Of a stretch of DNA of 53,467 nt, positions 42,698-53,467 are shown in pieces. The DNA is taken from positions 1 to 53,467 of the forward strand of contig DAIQQM010000002.1 in the NCBI GenBank assembly GCA_036786805.1. The letters are read 5' to 3'. The position numbers and the translations under genes were made by a program. The stretch's first letter is position 1. Each line of letters begins with the position of its first letter. Source of the stretch: Candidatus Dormiibacterota bacterium. GTDB lineage: Bacteria > Chloroflexota > Dormibacteria > Aeolococcales > Aeolococcaceae. The notes beneath the pieces were generated by a model that ran no database searches, was not told the DNA's origin, and saw only the letters and a list, made by a program, of their open reading frames with translations.

Positions 42698-43966
42698 TCA
42701 GTCCGCGTCGGCCTCCGCACGGCGCCGCCAGGAATTGGGCAGCATCGCCTCGAGCACGTCGTCGACGGTGATGACACCGATGACCCGGTCATCGTCGTCG
42801 AGCACCGCGACGACGGTGAGGTTGAAGTCGGCCATGCGGCGCGCGACCTCAGGGAAGTCGTCGTCGACATGTATCGACGCGTTGCTGTGCTCGACGAGCT
42901 CGGAGATTTTCATCGCGCCGTCCGCGCGGAGCAATTCGAGCAGCGGCACCGAACCGGCGAGATGTCCGTCGTCCACCAGGAACACGTCGGCGACGACCTG
43001 GGGCAACAGGTCGGCGCCGCGAACGGCGGCAAGCGCGTCCGCGACGGTCGCGTCGGGAGCGACCGAGACGAAGTCGGGGCTCATGAGTCCGCCTGCGCTG
43101 CTCTGGCCGTAGCTGAGGAGCGCGCGCACCTTCGCCTGCTGCGTGGGCGGGAGCAGCGAGAGAATCGGCGCGCGGCGCGGCTGATCCAGCTCCGTCACGA
43201 GGTCGGCCGCGTCGTCGGGGCCCATCTCCGCGAGGACCGCGGCCGCCTCGGCGTCCGACTTGTCACGGAGAAACTCAACCTGGTGCTCGGTGTTCAGCTC
43301 CTCGAACACGTCGGCCTCGAGCTCGGGGTCGCCGTGAACGGCCGAGATGATCTCCTCACCCTCGTCGTGCGAGGCCGCCTCGACCAGGTCGGCGATCTGG
43401 GCGGGATGCAGACGGCGAAGGCGCCGCAGCGGCATCAGCAACCGCGATGTCGGGACGTGTCCGACGAACGGCTCGACGGCCGCCCAGTCGACGAATCCCT
43501 GGTTCTCACCGCGACCACCGAGCAACCGGCCGCGCCAACCTCGGGGACGCGTGTCGACGCCCGCGACGACCCATCGCGAGTCCTCCTCGCGCAACTCGAT
43601 GTCGTGTGCGACCACGAGCCGGCCGGCGTCGACGCTGATGAGACGGCGACCGAGCACGTCGTCCCCGAGCAGCACCTCTCCCTGCCGCCGCTCGAAATGG
43701 GCGAGGTTGAGGTCTTCACCGGCGAGCTGCACGCTGCCCGGTTTCATGGCCGCGATCCGGTCGCGCGGAATGAAGAGCTTCCTCCCCGCGATGCGGCCGA
43801 CGAGGCCGGTGACGGGCGGATACCCGCCCTCGGCGAAGCGGGCGATGACGTCGTCAACCCGGCCGAGCCGGCCCCCTGCTCGATCGACGAGGGGGCTGTG
43901 GAGGATCCCGGTGAGCGCCAGCCGGACCGATTCGGTGGCTGGCTCCCCGGCGTCTGAGGTCGACAT
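42698..43966 (-). CDS. Soluble PRC-barrel / MgtE N-terminal domain / tandem CBS protein (no membrane domain)
   Basis: The MgtE_N-like region is EELNTEHQVEFLRDKSDAEAAAVLAEMGPDDAADLVTELD. A CBS pair follows (GLMSPDFVSVAPDATVADAL...; VVAVLDDDDRVIGVITVDDVLEA). The protein ends right after CBS2, where MgtE would continue into 5 TM helices. Confidence 0.8.
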   Translation of the reverse strand: MSTSDAGEPATESVRLALTGILHSPLVDRAGGRLGRVDDVIARFAEGGYPPVTGLVGRIAGRKLFIPRDRIAAMKPGSVQLAGEDLNLAHFERRQGEVLLGDDVLGRRLISVDAGRLVVAHDIELREEDSRWVVAGVDTRPRGWRGRLLGGRGENQGFVDWAAVEPFVGHVPTSRLLMPLRRLRRLHPAQIADLVEAASHDEGEEIISAVHGDPELEADVFEELNTEHQVEFLRDKSDAEAAAVLAEMGPDDAADLVTELDQPRRAPILSLLPPTQQAKVRALLSYGQSSAGGLMSPDFVSVAPDATVADALAAVRGADLLPQVVADVFLVDDGHLAGSVPLLELLRADGAMKISELVEHSNASIHVDDDFPEVARRMADFNLTVVAVLDDDDRVIGVITVDDVLEAMLPNSWRRRAEADAD

Positions 43967-44013
43967 ACCGCGCTCAGTCTGCCACGTCGCAGCCCGGTGC
44001 GTCTGTCCGCGCC

Positions 44014-44766
44014 ATGTCCGGAGGCGCAGCCGATGGTTACGGGGTGTCCGTGTCCACCTGGCTGGCCCCCCGTACCCCCGTCACCCCTACACTGACCGAG
44101 GCCGCCCGCGGGCACGGACCCTTCCGTTCGCTCGCGAGGCTCGGCGTGGAGGGATGTTTCGTGGCGGCCACCGACGCTCCGTGGATGCTTGGCGTGCGAG
44201 CCCCGGATCGGAGCCGGGCCATCCTCGTCGTGACCATCGACGGCGAGCTTGCGGTTGCCGTTCGCGACGTGGTGCCATCCGGCATGGCCGTGGTCCGCGA
44301 TGCCCGGCAGGATGACGCCGACGAGATCGCCGCGGCCTGCCTGCCCTGGCCGTGGATGGTCGTCGGCAGCGCCGTGTCGCTGACCCCGGCGCTCTCCCTG
44401 CTCCTCCGTGAACGGCCGGTGCTCACGTTCTGGCTCGGCTGCGCGGCCGATGCCCTTCCGGGGCACGCTCGCATCTTCGAGCGGCCGGCCGCCCTGCTCG
44501 ACGCCGTACGGCGTTCGTGCGCGGCACATGTCGGCGGAATGCGCCTCGCACCGGGAAGCGGCGTGGAGCTCGGCGACGGCACGCTCCTGCGGGGCGCCAC
44601 CCTCGAGTCACTGGTCGCGGCGTACCCGGGTGGATTCGCGCTCCCAACGCGCAGCTTTCGCGCCGCCGCGGGCGTGCTCGCGCGTCACGACGCCGGATGG
44701 ACCGCCGTGCGCGGCGGCGATGCGCGCATGACGCTCGCTCCAGTCCCGGCCGAGCAGCGACGGTGA
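44014..44766 (+). CDS. Hypothetical protein (250 aa), first gene of a GTGA-coupled three-gene operon
   Basis: ATG is at 44014, with GC3 bias. Its stop overlaps the next start. No family was recognised. Confidence 0.55.
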   Translation: MSGGAADGYGVSVSTWLAPRTPVTPTLTEAARGHGPFRSLARLGVEGCFVAATDAPWMLGVRAPDRSRAILVVTIDGELAVAVRDVVPSGMAVVRDARQDDADEIAAACLPWPWMVVGSAVSLTPALSLLLRERPVLTFWLGCAADALPGHARIFERPAALLDAVRRSCAAHVGGMRLAPGSGVELGDGTLLRGATLESLVAAYPGGFALPTRSFRAAAGVLARHDAGWTAVRGGDARMTLAPVPAEQRR

Positions 44767-45431
44767 GAGCCAATCCGGAGGTCCTCATCCTCGAGGACGA
44801 CGCCGAGACCCTCGACGAGCTGCAGAGCCACTTCACGCGCAAGCGGTTCCATCCGCTCGGCGCGCGCAGCGCGTCTCGCGCACTCTCGCTGCTCGAGCAC
44901 AACCGGTACTCGAGCAGGCCGGTCCTCGCAATCATCGACTGGGACCTCGGCAAGGCACCCGACCGCACCGCGAGCAGTGGCGATGTGCTCTCGCGGCTCG
45001 CGCGCGAGCTTCGCGAGTGCCCGGTCATCGTGTACTCGCAGAACATCGACGCCTTCAACGTGCGCAGTCAGATCCAGCGCTCGCATCCGCGAGCCCTGCT
45101 GCACGACAAGCGCGACGGTGACGCGTCGTTGCTCGAACGCATCGACAGGATGCTCGATCGCACGGTCGGCGATCTCCGCATTCACGACGGGACCGTGGTG
45201 GTGCATCTCCCGACCCTCGAGCAACATCACCACCGCGAAGCGATCCGGTTGGTGGTGCACCACCCCGACATCGTCACGTTTCATTCGGACACCGCGACCA
45301 AAGCGGTGCGTCGCTTCGGCGAATGGCTGCAGAGCCACGGCTCGGCGGTGCGCCTTGTGAGTCACGGCAATCGCAAGTACCGCATCAGCGTGACGGCGAC
45401 CGAGGCAGCCGAACCCGGCATCGAGACGTGA
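44763..45431 (+). CDS. Response regulator: receiver domain plus degenerate OmpR/PhoB-like winged-helix
   Basis: GTG at 44763 overlaps the upstream TGA. REC signatures are LILEDD, AIIDWDL (phospho-Asp position), VIVYSQ and HDK. The C-terminus ...VRLVSHGNRKYRI resembles a wHTH wing. Confidence 0.7.
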   Translation: MRANPEVLILEDDAETLDELQSHFTRKRFHPLGARSASRALSLLEHNRYSSRPVLAIIDWDLGKAPDRTASSGDVLSRLARELRECPVIVYSQNIDAFNVRSQIQRSHPRALLHDKRDGDASLLERIDRMLDRTVGDLRIHDGTVVVHLPTLEQHHHREAIRLVVHHPDIVTFHSDTATKAVRRFGEWLQSHGSAVRLVSHGNRKYRISVTATEAAEPGIET

Positions 45432-46738
45432 ACCTCACCCTGGCCGAGATCGCCGAGCTCCCGCTCGCGGCGGCCCTCGTCGACGCCGCCGGCGCGGTGA
45501 TCGCGCGCACGCCGGAATGGGATGGCAACGGCCCGGGCGCGGTCTCGTATCCGGTGCGGAGCGTGCGCCTCGTGGTTCGAACCCAGCCCGCGTCCACGCA
45601 CTGCGACGAGCTCCTCATCCGGCTGCTGGACAGCATCGACGTCGCGGCGCGCTCGCTGACCGGCACCCAGGCGCAGCGCATCCGGATGCTCGGCGGCGCA
45701 CTGCGTCTCGTGGCGGGTCGCGAACCCGGTGGGTGGGGGACCACGGACGATGTCGTCGAGCTCGCGCGCGCCGGAATCACCGCTCGCACCGGCATGGCCG
45801 TCGAGGCGTTCAGCGGACCCTCGCGGCCGGTGCTCGGTCCCGAGGCGGCCGCGCTGGTGCTCGTGCAACTCGCGGTCAATGCCGAGCGCCATGACGCCGC
45901 AGCGTCGGTCCGCATCGAGGTGGACCGGACCACGTTTCGAGTCGTGTGGCGGCACACCGGGCCGGCTCCGCGCATCGCCACCGCGCGACGAAGAGCAGAC
46001 CGCGATCGATGGGGCCTCGGGTTTGCGCGGATCGCGGCCGACGCGATCGGCGGCACGGTCTACCCGCCCAGAGCGACCGGCGACGGCACGCTTGCGGCGA
46101 CGCTCGAGCTGGGCATCCGCCGCCTGGCGCTGCCGATCGCCGCGCTCAGCGACGGCCGCGTCAGCCGCGCTACCCGATCCTGGGATGAGGAGACCGGCTT
46201 GGCGCCCGGGAGCACCGTCGGACCGGGGTCGAAGCTCGCGACCCTCCAGGCCGCGGCCTCGTCGGTCCCGGGACGGATCGTCGTCGACGGCGGCTTCAGC
46301 GCTCGCGCCGGCATGCGCGCACTCTGGGTGGTGGTGCCCCCTGACGACTCAGCGGCTCGGGCTCGCGAGGTCGTGACCGGTCTCGTCCACGAGCGTGCGC
46401 TGTCGGATCACCTCGACGAGCCGGCGCGGTCGTCGATCGGCGGGCTGGCGCTCCTGCTCGCCACCCTGCTGGGAGAGGCGATGCCACGTGTCCCCATCGG
46501 CGCTTGGACGAGGCGGATGAGCGAGCTCGGCCCGGCCTTCGGCATCAGCGCACGGATCCCGGATTTTGACGGCGTCGGCGCGATCGACCCGCAGGTGGTC
46601 GCCGTGCTCGCGCAATCGGGCGATGGATTCGAGATCGACGGTGACCGCCTCTGGCTCCGGATCCGCGAGCAGTGCCGAGACGACGCCGCCGTACGGGTGC
46701 TGCTCAGGCCCGGTGAGAGTCGGATCCCGCTGGGCTGA
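45428..46738 (+). CDS. Cytoplasmic GHKL/HATPase_c-containing protein (atypical histidine-kinase-like) with ~200-aa unknown C-terminal domain
   Basis: GTG at 45428 overlaps the upstream TGA. It has an N-box-like LVQLAVNAERHD and a G-box-like WGLGFARIAADAIGGTV. It has no TM segments and no clear HisKA H-box (only STHCDELL). Confidence 0.6.
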   Translation: MNLTLAEIAELPLAAALVDAAGAVIARTPEWDGNGPGAVSYPVRSVRLVVRTQPASTHCDELLIRLLDSIDVAARSLTGTQAQRIRMLGGALRLVAGREPGGWGTTDDVVELARAGITARTGMAVEAFSGPSRPVLGPEAAALVLVQLAVNAERHDAAASVRIEVDRTTFRVVWRHTGPAPRIATARRRADRDRWGLGFARIAADAIGGTVYPPRATGDGTLAATLELGIRRLALPIAALSDGRVSRATRSWDEETGLAPGSTVGPGSKLATLQAAASSVPGRIVVDGGFSARAGMRALWVVVPPDDSAARAREVVTGLVHERALSDHLDEPARSSIGGLALLLATLLGEAMPRVPIGAWTRRMSELGPAFGISARIPDFDGVGAIDPQVVAVLAQSGDGFEIDGDRLWLRIREQCRDDAAVRVLLRPGESRIPLG

Positions 46739-47441
46739 CCATCGGTGTGGCCGGAGACCGCAGCAGCAGCGATGTGATCGCGGCGAGGAGCGGATGCGCG
46801 GCGCGCTCCTCTGCGGTCGCACCCGCCTCCTCGAGGGCTCCGTCCAGTCTCAGGAGGTCGGCCGCAAGAACTCGCACGGCCGCGTGGATGATCGCCGCGG
46901 GGTCGCCGTTGCCGGCGGGTTCCCATCCGATGTCGCCGGTTGCGGAGGGCACTTCCGGTGCGTACTCGACACCATCTCGCGCCCCCATGAGGTGCGCGGT
47001 GGCCCAGACGTCGTATCCCAGGGACTCCTGGTGGCGGATGCGCGCCGCGAGACGTCGCAGCGGGTCGGGGTCGCCGCCGAGGACGGCGGCCTGCTCGATG
47101 AGCCGGAGCACCAGGAGCTTCTGATACCGCGCAACCCAGTATCGAGCGATGCCCGCCGTGAGCAGTCGCGAAAGCCGCACTTCGGCGATGCTCACCCTGG
47201 CAAGCGAAGTGCCTCCCCCGTCCGGGACGAGCACCTCCACATCACGGCCCACGTCCCACACGCCGCCGAGCAGACGAACGATCGAAGTCGGACGCCAGAC
47301 CTCGGCTGACCGGTCCCACCAGTCGATGGGAAGATCGCCGAAAGAGAGTTCGCACGTGCTGGTCAGGAGTGCCTGATGCAACTCCTCGCGCGGGCGCGCA
47401 GCAAGAAGCGACCAGCCGGCGGGAAGTGTGTGTGTGGCCAT
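46704..47441 (-). CDS. Hypothetical protein (245 aa)
   Basis: ATG at 47439-47441 with GC3 bias. It is convergent with the upstream operon and overlaps its end by 35 nt. No family was recognised and there is no clear RBS. Confidence 0.45.
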   Translation of the reverse strand: MATHTLPAGWSLLAARPREELHQALLTSTCELSFGDLPIDWWDRSAEVWRPTSIVRLLGGVWDVGRDVEVLVPDGGGTSLARVSIAEVRLSRLLTAGIARYWVARYQKLLVLRLIEQAAVLGGDPDPLRRLAARIRHQESLGYDVWATAHLMGARDGVEYAPEVPSATGDIGWEPAGNGDPAAIIHAAVRVLAADLLRLDGALEEAGATAEERAAHPLLAAITSLLLRSPATPMVSPAGSDSHRA

Positions 47442-47604
47442 CGAGGGTGGTGCTGAGATGTGGAGGGAACGAATGCTGTGAAGCGGCGCGGTGCCGTGAC
47501 CTGGCGTGCAGTATGCCCCGGATCCCTGCGAAACGGGGTACTGCAGGCGACATATGACAGTTACGGCGCGCTGCCTGCCGCTTCGAACTTAGTGGCGCTG
47601 CGGG

Positions 47605-47646
47605 CAGAGGCAGGGATGGCGCCGCCGGTCACCATCCCTGCCTCTG
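47605..47646 (-). terminator. Perfect 15-bp-stem hairpin downstream of queF
   Basis: CAGAGGCAGGGATGG (47605-47619) pairs with CCATCCCTGCCTCTG (47632-47646) around a 12-nt loop. There is no U-tract. It lies ~110 nt past the queF stop on the transcribed (minus) strand. Confidence 0.45.
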
Positions 47647-47786
47647 GCGGACGTCTGCGTGTACCTACGATTCCGGTCTACGCATCCGGGAGCCCGCCGC
47701 TCCTCCTTGCCTCTGGCGGACGTCTGCGCGTACCTACGATCCGGACTTAGCGCGGCTACGCATCCGGCGGCCCCGCGTCTCCTCCG
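47639..47786. repeat. Tandem ~69/79-bp direct repeat (two units, second with an 11-bp insertion)
   Basis: Unit: TGCCTCTGGCGGACGTCTGCG(T/C)GTACCTACGAT(T)CCGG...CTACGCATCCGG...CTCCTCC. It occurs at 47639-47707 and 47708-47786. The second unit contains the queF stop codon and its last ~10 codons. Confidence 0.6.
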
Positions 47787-48196
47787 TGCCGCCACCAGGG
47801 ATCCGCCGCACCGGTCCACGACGCATCGCGATGACTGGCCCGGACGACGGTCTTGATGTTGCCGCGAACGTTGAAGTCGCCCACCACCTCGCAATACCGC
47901 GGTTCGAGCAGCGCCACGAGGTCGTTGAGCACGATGTTCACGACGTCCTCGTGATACACGTTCCGGTCGCGATATCCGTTGATGTACAGCTTCAACGATT
48001 TCAACTCCACGCAGCGCGGGCCCGGCACATAGCGGACGTGCAGCGTCGCGAAGTCGGGGAATCCTGAGATCGGGCAGAGACAGGTGAACTCGGGAATCGT
48101 GAACTGGATCGTGTAGTCGCGATCCGGCGTGCGGTTGTCGAACGCCTCGAGCTTCGCCTCGCGGATCGCGCGGGTTCCGTACGGTTCGTCGCTCAT
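47756..48196 (-). CDS. queF: NADPH-dependent 7-cyano-7-deazaguanine (preQ0) reductase
   Basis: ATG at 48194-48196 overlaps the yhhQ stop (ATGA). Motifs are EFTCLCPISGFPDFA and VELKSLKLY. The 323-aa track ORF is over-extended. The C-terminal ~30 aa look like a non-conserved extension running into the repeat. Confidence 0.85.
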   Translation of the reverse strand: MSDEPYGTRAIREAKLEAFDNRTPDRDYTIQFTIPEFTCLCPISGFPDFATLHVRYVPGPRCVELKSLKLYINGYRDRNVYHEDVVNIVLNDLVALLEPRYCEVVGDFNVRGNIKTVVRASHRDASWTGAADPWWRHGGDAGPPDA

Positions 48197-48927
48197 TGCT
48201 CGGCTCCACGCAACCTCGCGCGCAGCGAGGCAAGCGGAATGGGCGCGAACTTGGTGTCGCGGTCGTATGTGTCCACTCCCTCGATCCGCTTCAGCGCGGT
48301 GACCAGCGCATACGTGATCGGCGTGGCGACAACCTCGTACAGCACCTTCACGATCCACACGTCGCGAATGATGATGATCAGCACCGACCAGGGCTGCGTG
48401 CCGGCGAACGCGAGGGAGATGAACGCAATGCTGTCGACACCCTGGCCGACCAGCGTTGAACCGATGGTTCGAGTCCAGAGGAAGCGGCCACGCGTGGCGA
48501 CCTTCAATCGCGCGAGCACGAAGGCGTTGAGAAACTCTCCGAGCAGGTACGCGGTGAGCGATGCCAGGACAAGGCGCGGACTCTCGCCGAGCACGCGGGC
48601 ATACGCGGCCTGGTCGCCGTAGTGCGGGTCCGCCGGGATGGCGATCGCGGCGGCGATGAAGAGCACCACGACGATGTTCGCGAGGAACCCGGTCCAGATC
48701 ACGGCGCGCGCGACGCGGTATCCCCACACCTCGGTGAGGACGTCGCCGAACAGGTACGCGAGCGGAAAGATCACGATCGCCGCCGGCACCGAGAACGGCC
48801 CGACCGCGGCGATCTTCACGGCCAGGATGTTGGAAGCCACGAGCGTCGCCACAAACAGGGATGAGATGGTGAGCAGGAGGGGGCTCGGGGCGCGATTCGG
48901 GGAGGGCTGCGTCATGAGGAGCGGCAC
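48193..48927 (-). CDS. yhhQ: Queuosine precursor transporter (YhhQ/COG1738 family)
   Basis: Polytopic, with IFPLAYLFGDVLTEVWGY and TRTIGSTLVGQGVDS regions typical of YhhQ, and in an operon with queF. Start is 48927 or 48915. Confidence 0.8.
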   Translation of the reverse strand: MPLLMTQPSPNRAPSPLLLTISSLFVATLVASNILAVKIAAVGPFSVPAAIVIFPLAYLFGDVLTEVWGYRVARAVIWTGFLANIVVVLFIAAAIAIPADPHYGDQAAYARVLGESPRLVLASLTAYLLGEFLNAFVLARLKVATRGRFLWTRTIGSTLVGQGVDSIAFISLAFAGTQPWSVLIIIIRDVWIVKVLYEVVATPITYALVTALKRIEGVDTYDRDTKFAPIPLASLRARLRGAEQ

Positions 48928-48945
48928 AGCGTAGAAGATCGCGCG

Positions 48946-49809
48946 GTGAGCAGACGCGGCCTGGCGCTCTTCGCGGCGATGTGCGTGATCTGGGGCATCC
49001 CGTACCTGCTCATCAAGGTGACGCTGGAAGGCCTCGGGCCGGTCGATCTCGTCTTCATGCGCTTCGCGCTCGGTGCGGTCCTGCTGGTCCCGATCGCGCT
49101 CACCAGGGTCGACGTCCGGCCGCTCCTCGGGCGCTGGGGGTGGATCGTCGCCTACACGGCCATCGAGATGGGAATCCCATGGGTGCTCCTCTCCGACGCG
49201 GAGCTGCGAATCTCGAGCTCGCTGTCAGGCCTGCTCGTCTCGACGGTGCCGCTCATCGGCGTGGTGATCGGGCTGATCACGCGCAGCGGCGAGCGGCACG
49301 GGTGGCGGCGGATCGTCGGTCTCGTGATCGGCCTTCTCGGGGTCGGCGTGCTGGTCGGCTTCGACGTGTCGTCATCCACCTTCGGTGCGATCGCCGAGGT
49401 CCTCGGCGTGGCCATCTGCTACGCGACCGGGCCGTTCATCATCAACCGGAAGCTGAACGACCTTCCGTCGCTCGGCGTGATCGCTGCTTCGCTGCTGCTC
49501 GCGGCGCTCGCCTACGCGCCTGCGGCGATCATCCAGCTGCCCCACGCGTGGCCCTCGGGACAGGTCGTCGCCTCGGTGCTCACGCTGGGCGTGGTCTGCA
49601 CCGCGCTCGCGTTCCTGCTCTTCTTCGCGCTGATCGCCGAGATCGGCCCGGTGCGCGCGACCGTGATCACGTACGTGAACCCCGCGGTCGCCGTGACCCT
49701 CGGGGTGCTCCTGCTCCACGAGCCCCTCACCGGCGGCATCGCCGCCGGATTCGCGCTCATCCTCTGCGGGTCGGTGCTCGCGGCGCGAGCCGCCCCGGCG
49801 CGGACCTGA
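48946..49809 (+). CDS. EamA/DMT-family transporter
   Basis: GTG start and 10 TM segments in two EamA-like halves (CVIWGIPYLLIKV...). Confidence 0.8.
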   Translation: MSRRGLALFAAMCVIWGIPYLLIKVTLEGLGPVDLVFMRFALGAVLLVPIALTRVDVRPLLGRWGWIVAYTAIEMGIPWVLLSDAELRISSSLSGLLVSTVPLIGVVIGLITRSGERHGWRRIVGLVIGLLGVGVLVGFDVSSSTFGAIAEVLGVAICYATGPFIINRKLNDLPSLGVIAASLLLAALAYAPAAIIQLPHAWPSGQVVASVLTLGVVCTALAFLLFFALIAEIGPVRATVITYVNPAVAVTLGVLLLHEPLTGGIAAGFALILCGSVLAARAAPART

Positions 49810-49815
49810 TGACGG

Positions 49816-52452
<2,637 letters not shown>

Positions 52453-52494
52453 GGACGCTTAATACCACCGCTCGAGGGCGGCTAACCTTGTGCC

Positions 52495-53232
52495 ATGCGA
52501 CTCACCGTCCTCGGCAGTGGCAGCGCGTTCAGCACATGTGGCTGCAACGCCGGATACCTCGTCGACGGACGGGTCCTGGTCGACTGCGGCGCACCGGTCC
52601 CGGCGCTGGTCCGCCGTGCCGCCACGTCAGTGCACGCGATAACGCTGATCCTGCTCACGCACTTCCACGCCGACCACTGCTTCACGCTCCCGACCGTGCT
52701 CGGCGCTCGGGCCTTCACCGAGGCGCCGGTCCCCGGCAGGCTCGTGATCGGCGGTCCGATCGGGACACGGGAATACATCGCACGGCTGCTCGGTGACGGC
52801 TATGGCTCGCACATCCGGCACGAGGTCGACGTCAACGTTGCCCCGGAGTACGTGGTCATGCAGGACGGCAGTGACGTGGAGCTTGCCGGGTATCGCGTGG
52901 AGAGCCATGCGGTGGTCCACAGCACGGGTCCGTCGCTTGCATACCGGCTGACGGACGCCGCAGGCGCCAGGGTGGGTTTCTCGGGCGACAGCGAGCTCTG
53001 CGGCGGCCTGAGGCGCTCGATCGACGGATGCGACCTCTACGTGTGCGAGTGCACGGGATGGGACGGCCCGACCCCCGGAGGACACCTGTGGCGCGACGAG
53101 GTCGCCGTCCTGATGGCGGAGCACCCGCGCACGCGCTTTCTGCTCAGCCACCTGAGCGAACGCCGCCACCTCCCCGGTGCGCTCGTCGCGCACGACATGC
53201 TCAGCCTGGAGATCGCCTCGCCCGCAACGTAG
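52495..53232 (+). CDS. MBL-fold metallo-hydrolase (RNase Z/ElaC-like short form)
   Basis: It starts MRLTVLGSGSAF and has the motif LLTHFHADHC. Confidence 0.8.
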   Translation: MRLTVLGSGSAFSTCGCNAGYLVDGRVLVDCGAPVPALVRRAATSVHAITLILLTHFHADHCFTLPTVLGARAFTEAPVPGRLVIGGPIGTREYIARLLGDGYGSHIRHEVDVNVAPEYVVMQDGSDVELAGYRVESHAVVHSTGPSLAYRLTDAAGARVGFSGDSELCGGLRRSIDGCDLYVCECTGWDGPTPGGHLWRDEVAVLMAEHPRTRFLLSHLSERRHLPGALVAHDMLSLEIASPAT

Positions 53233-53467
53233 CCGCGAGGAACGCGCGCCGCCAGGTCCGCAGCGCCTGCGCCCGCTCGGGTACGGAGGCGCCGGTCGCG
53301 CTGAACTCCGAGCGCGCGGCCACCGCGGCGATCTCGGTCAGTGCGATTGCGGCCCGGGGTCGTGCCCGGGCCAGCCGATCCGCAAAGGCCCGGTGGGTCT
53401 CTGCTCGTTGTCGATCGACGCCGGACAGCACCCCGAGGGTTTCCACGCGCCTCCATGCGCCGGCAAG
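53201..53467 (-). CDS. 3' end of an unidentified gene running off the window (partial)
   Basis: The frame is open to the window edge, with moderate GC3 bias. It overlaps the MBL gene end by 32 nt. No family was recognised. Confidence 0.3.
   Translation of the reverse strand, partial: LAGAWRRVETLGVLSGVDRQRAETHRAFADRLARARPRAAIALTEIAAVAARSEFSATGASVPERAQALRTWRRAFLAATLRARRSPG

Noticed and set aside
34126-47786. Possible CRISPR array among the repeats at 34126-34215 and 47639-47786
   Set aside because: The first is a contiguous 15-bp coding microsatellite without spacers. The second has only two contiguous ~70-bp units without unique spacers. There are no cas genes in the window.
48197-48727. 323-aa version of the queF ORF (47756..48727)
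   Set aside because: The upstream 177 codons overlap yhhQ in another frame and read as Arg/Pro filler. QueF homology starts at MSDEPYG (ATG 48196), with the ATGA overlap to the yhhQ stop.
48928-48945. preQ1 riboswitch upstream of the yhhQ-queF operon
   Set aside because: Only about 18 nt separate yhhQ from the divergent EamA gene. I found no preQ1-I-like hairpin with an A-rich tail on the minus strand there, or just inside the flanking sequence.
52453-52494. HspR (HAIR) or HrcA (CIRCE) heat-shock operator upstream of clpB
   Set aside because: The 42-bp divergent intergenic region has no CTTGAGT-N7-ACTCAAG or TTAGCACTC-N9-GAGTGCTAA-like inverted repeat. Any clpB promoter must overlap the neighbouring gene, and I could not identify it.

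Overview
Very GC-rich bacterial chromosomal segment; third codon positions are almost all G/C, so long spurious ORFs appear in all six frames. The gene content looks actinobacterial, because ino1 sits with a phosphatidylinositol-mannoside cluster. Most of the window is core metabolism and housekeeping: typA (5' partial), ACC deaminase, ino1-patA-pimA-pgsA, an ECF sigma/anti-sigma pair, gltX, thiD, a GGDEF cyclase, queF-yhhQ, clpB, several GNAT/MBL/ADH/MFS/TetR genes and two tRNAs. Four regions stand out. (1) A ~9.1 kb integrative mobilizable element sits in tRNA-Glu at 22861-31941. It is bounded by a 61-bp direct repeat with 2 mismatches and carries a tyrosine integrase, excisionase, MobF-type relaxase, HigBA-like toxin-antitoxin pair and MarR-DUF998 cargo, with repeated GCAACAAAT motifs near both ends. 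(2) A co-oriented putative Mg2+ locus at 38933-43966 has a soluble PRC-barrel/MgtE_N/CBS protein followed by two tandem NRAMP-family paralogs with non-canonical metal-site motifs. Each paralog is preceded by a near-identical ~180-nt leader ending in an RBS-sequestering three-helix structure, which I treat as a candidate riboswitch; I rank this the most interesting signal. (3) An orphan T4SS-like trio (VirB2-like, VirB6-like, M23 peptidase) lies behind a near-consensus sigma70 promoter at 4167-5972. (4) A 76-nt tRNA with a GUA anticodon at 14450-14525 has no long variable arm and has a C1-G72 pair, which is atypical for bacterial tRNA-Tyr. No rRNA or CRISPR array was seen. All product calls come from motif and family recognition by eye; no searches were run.
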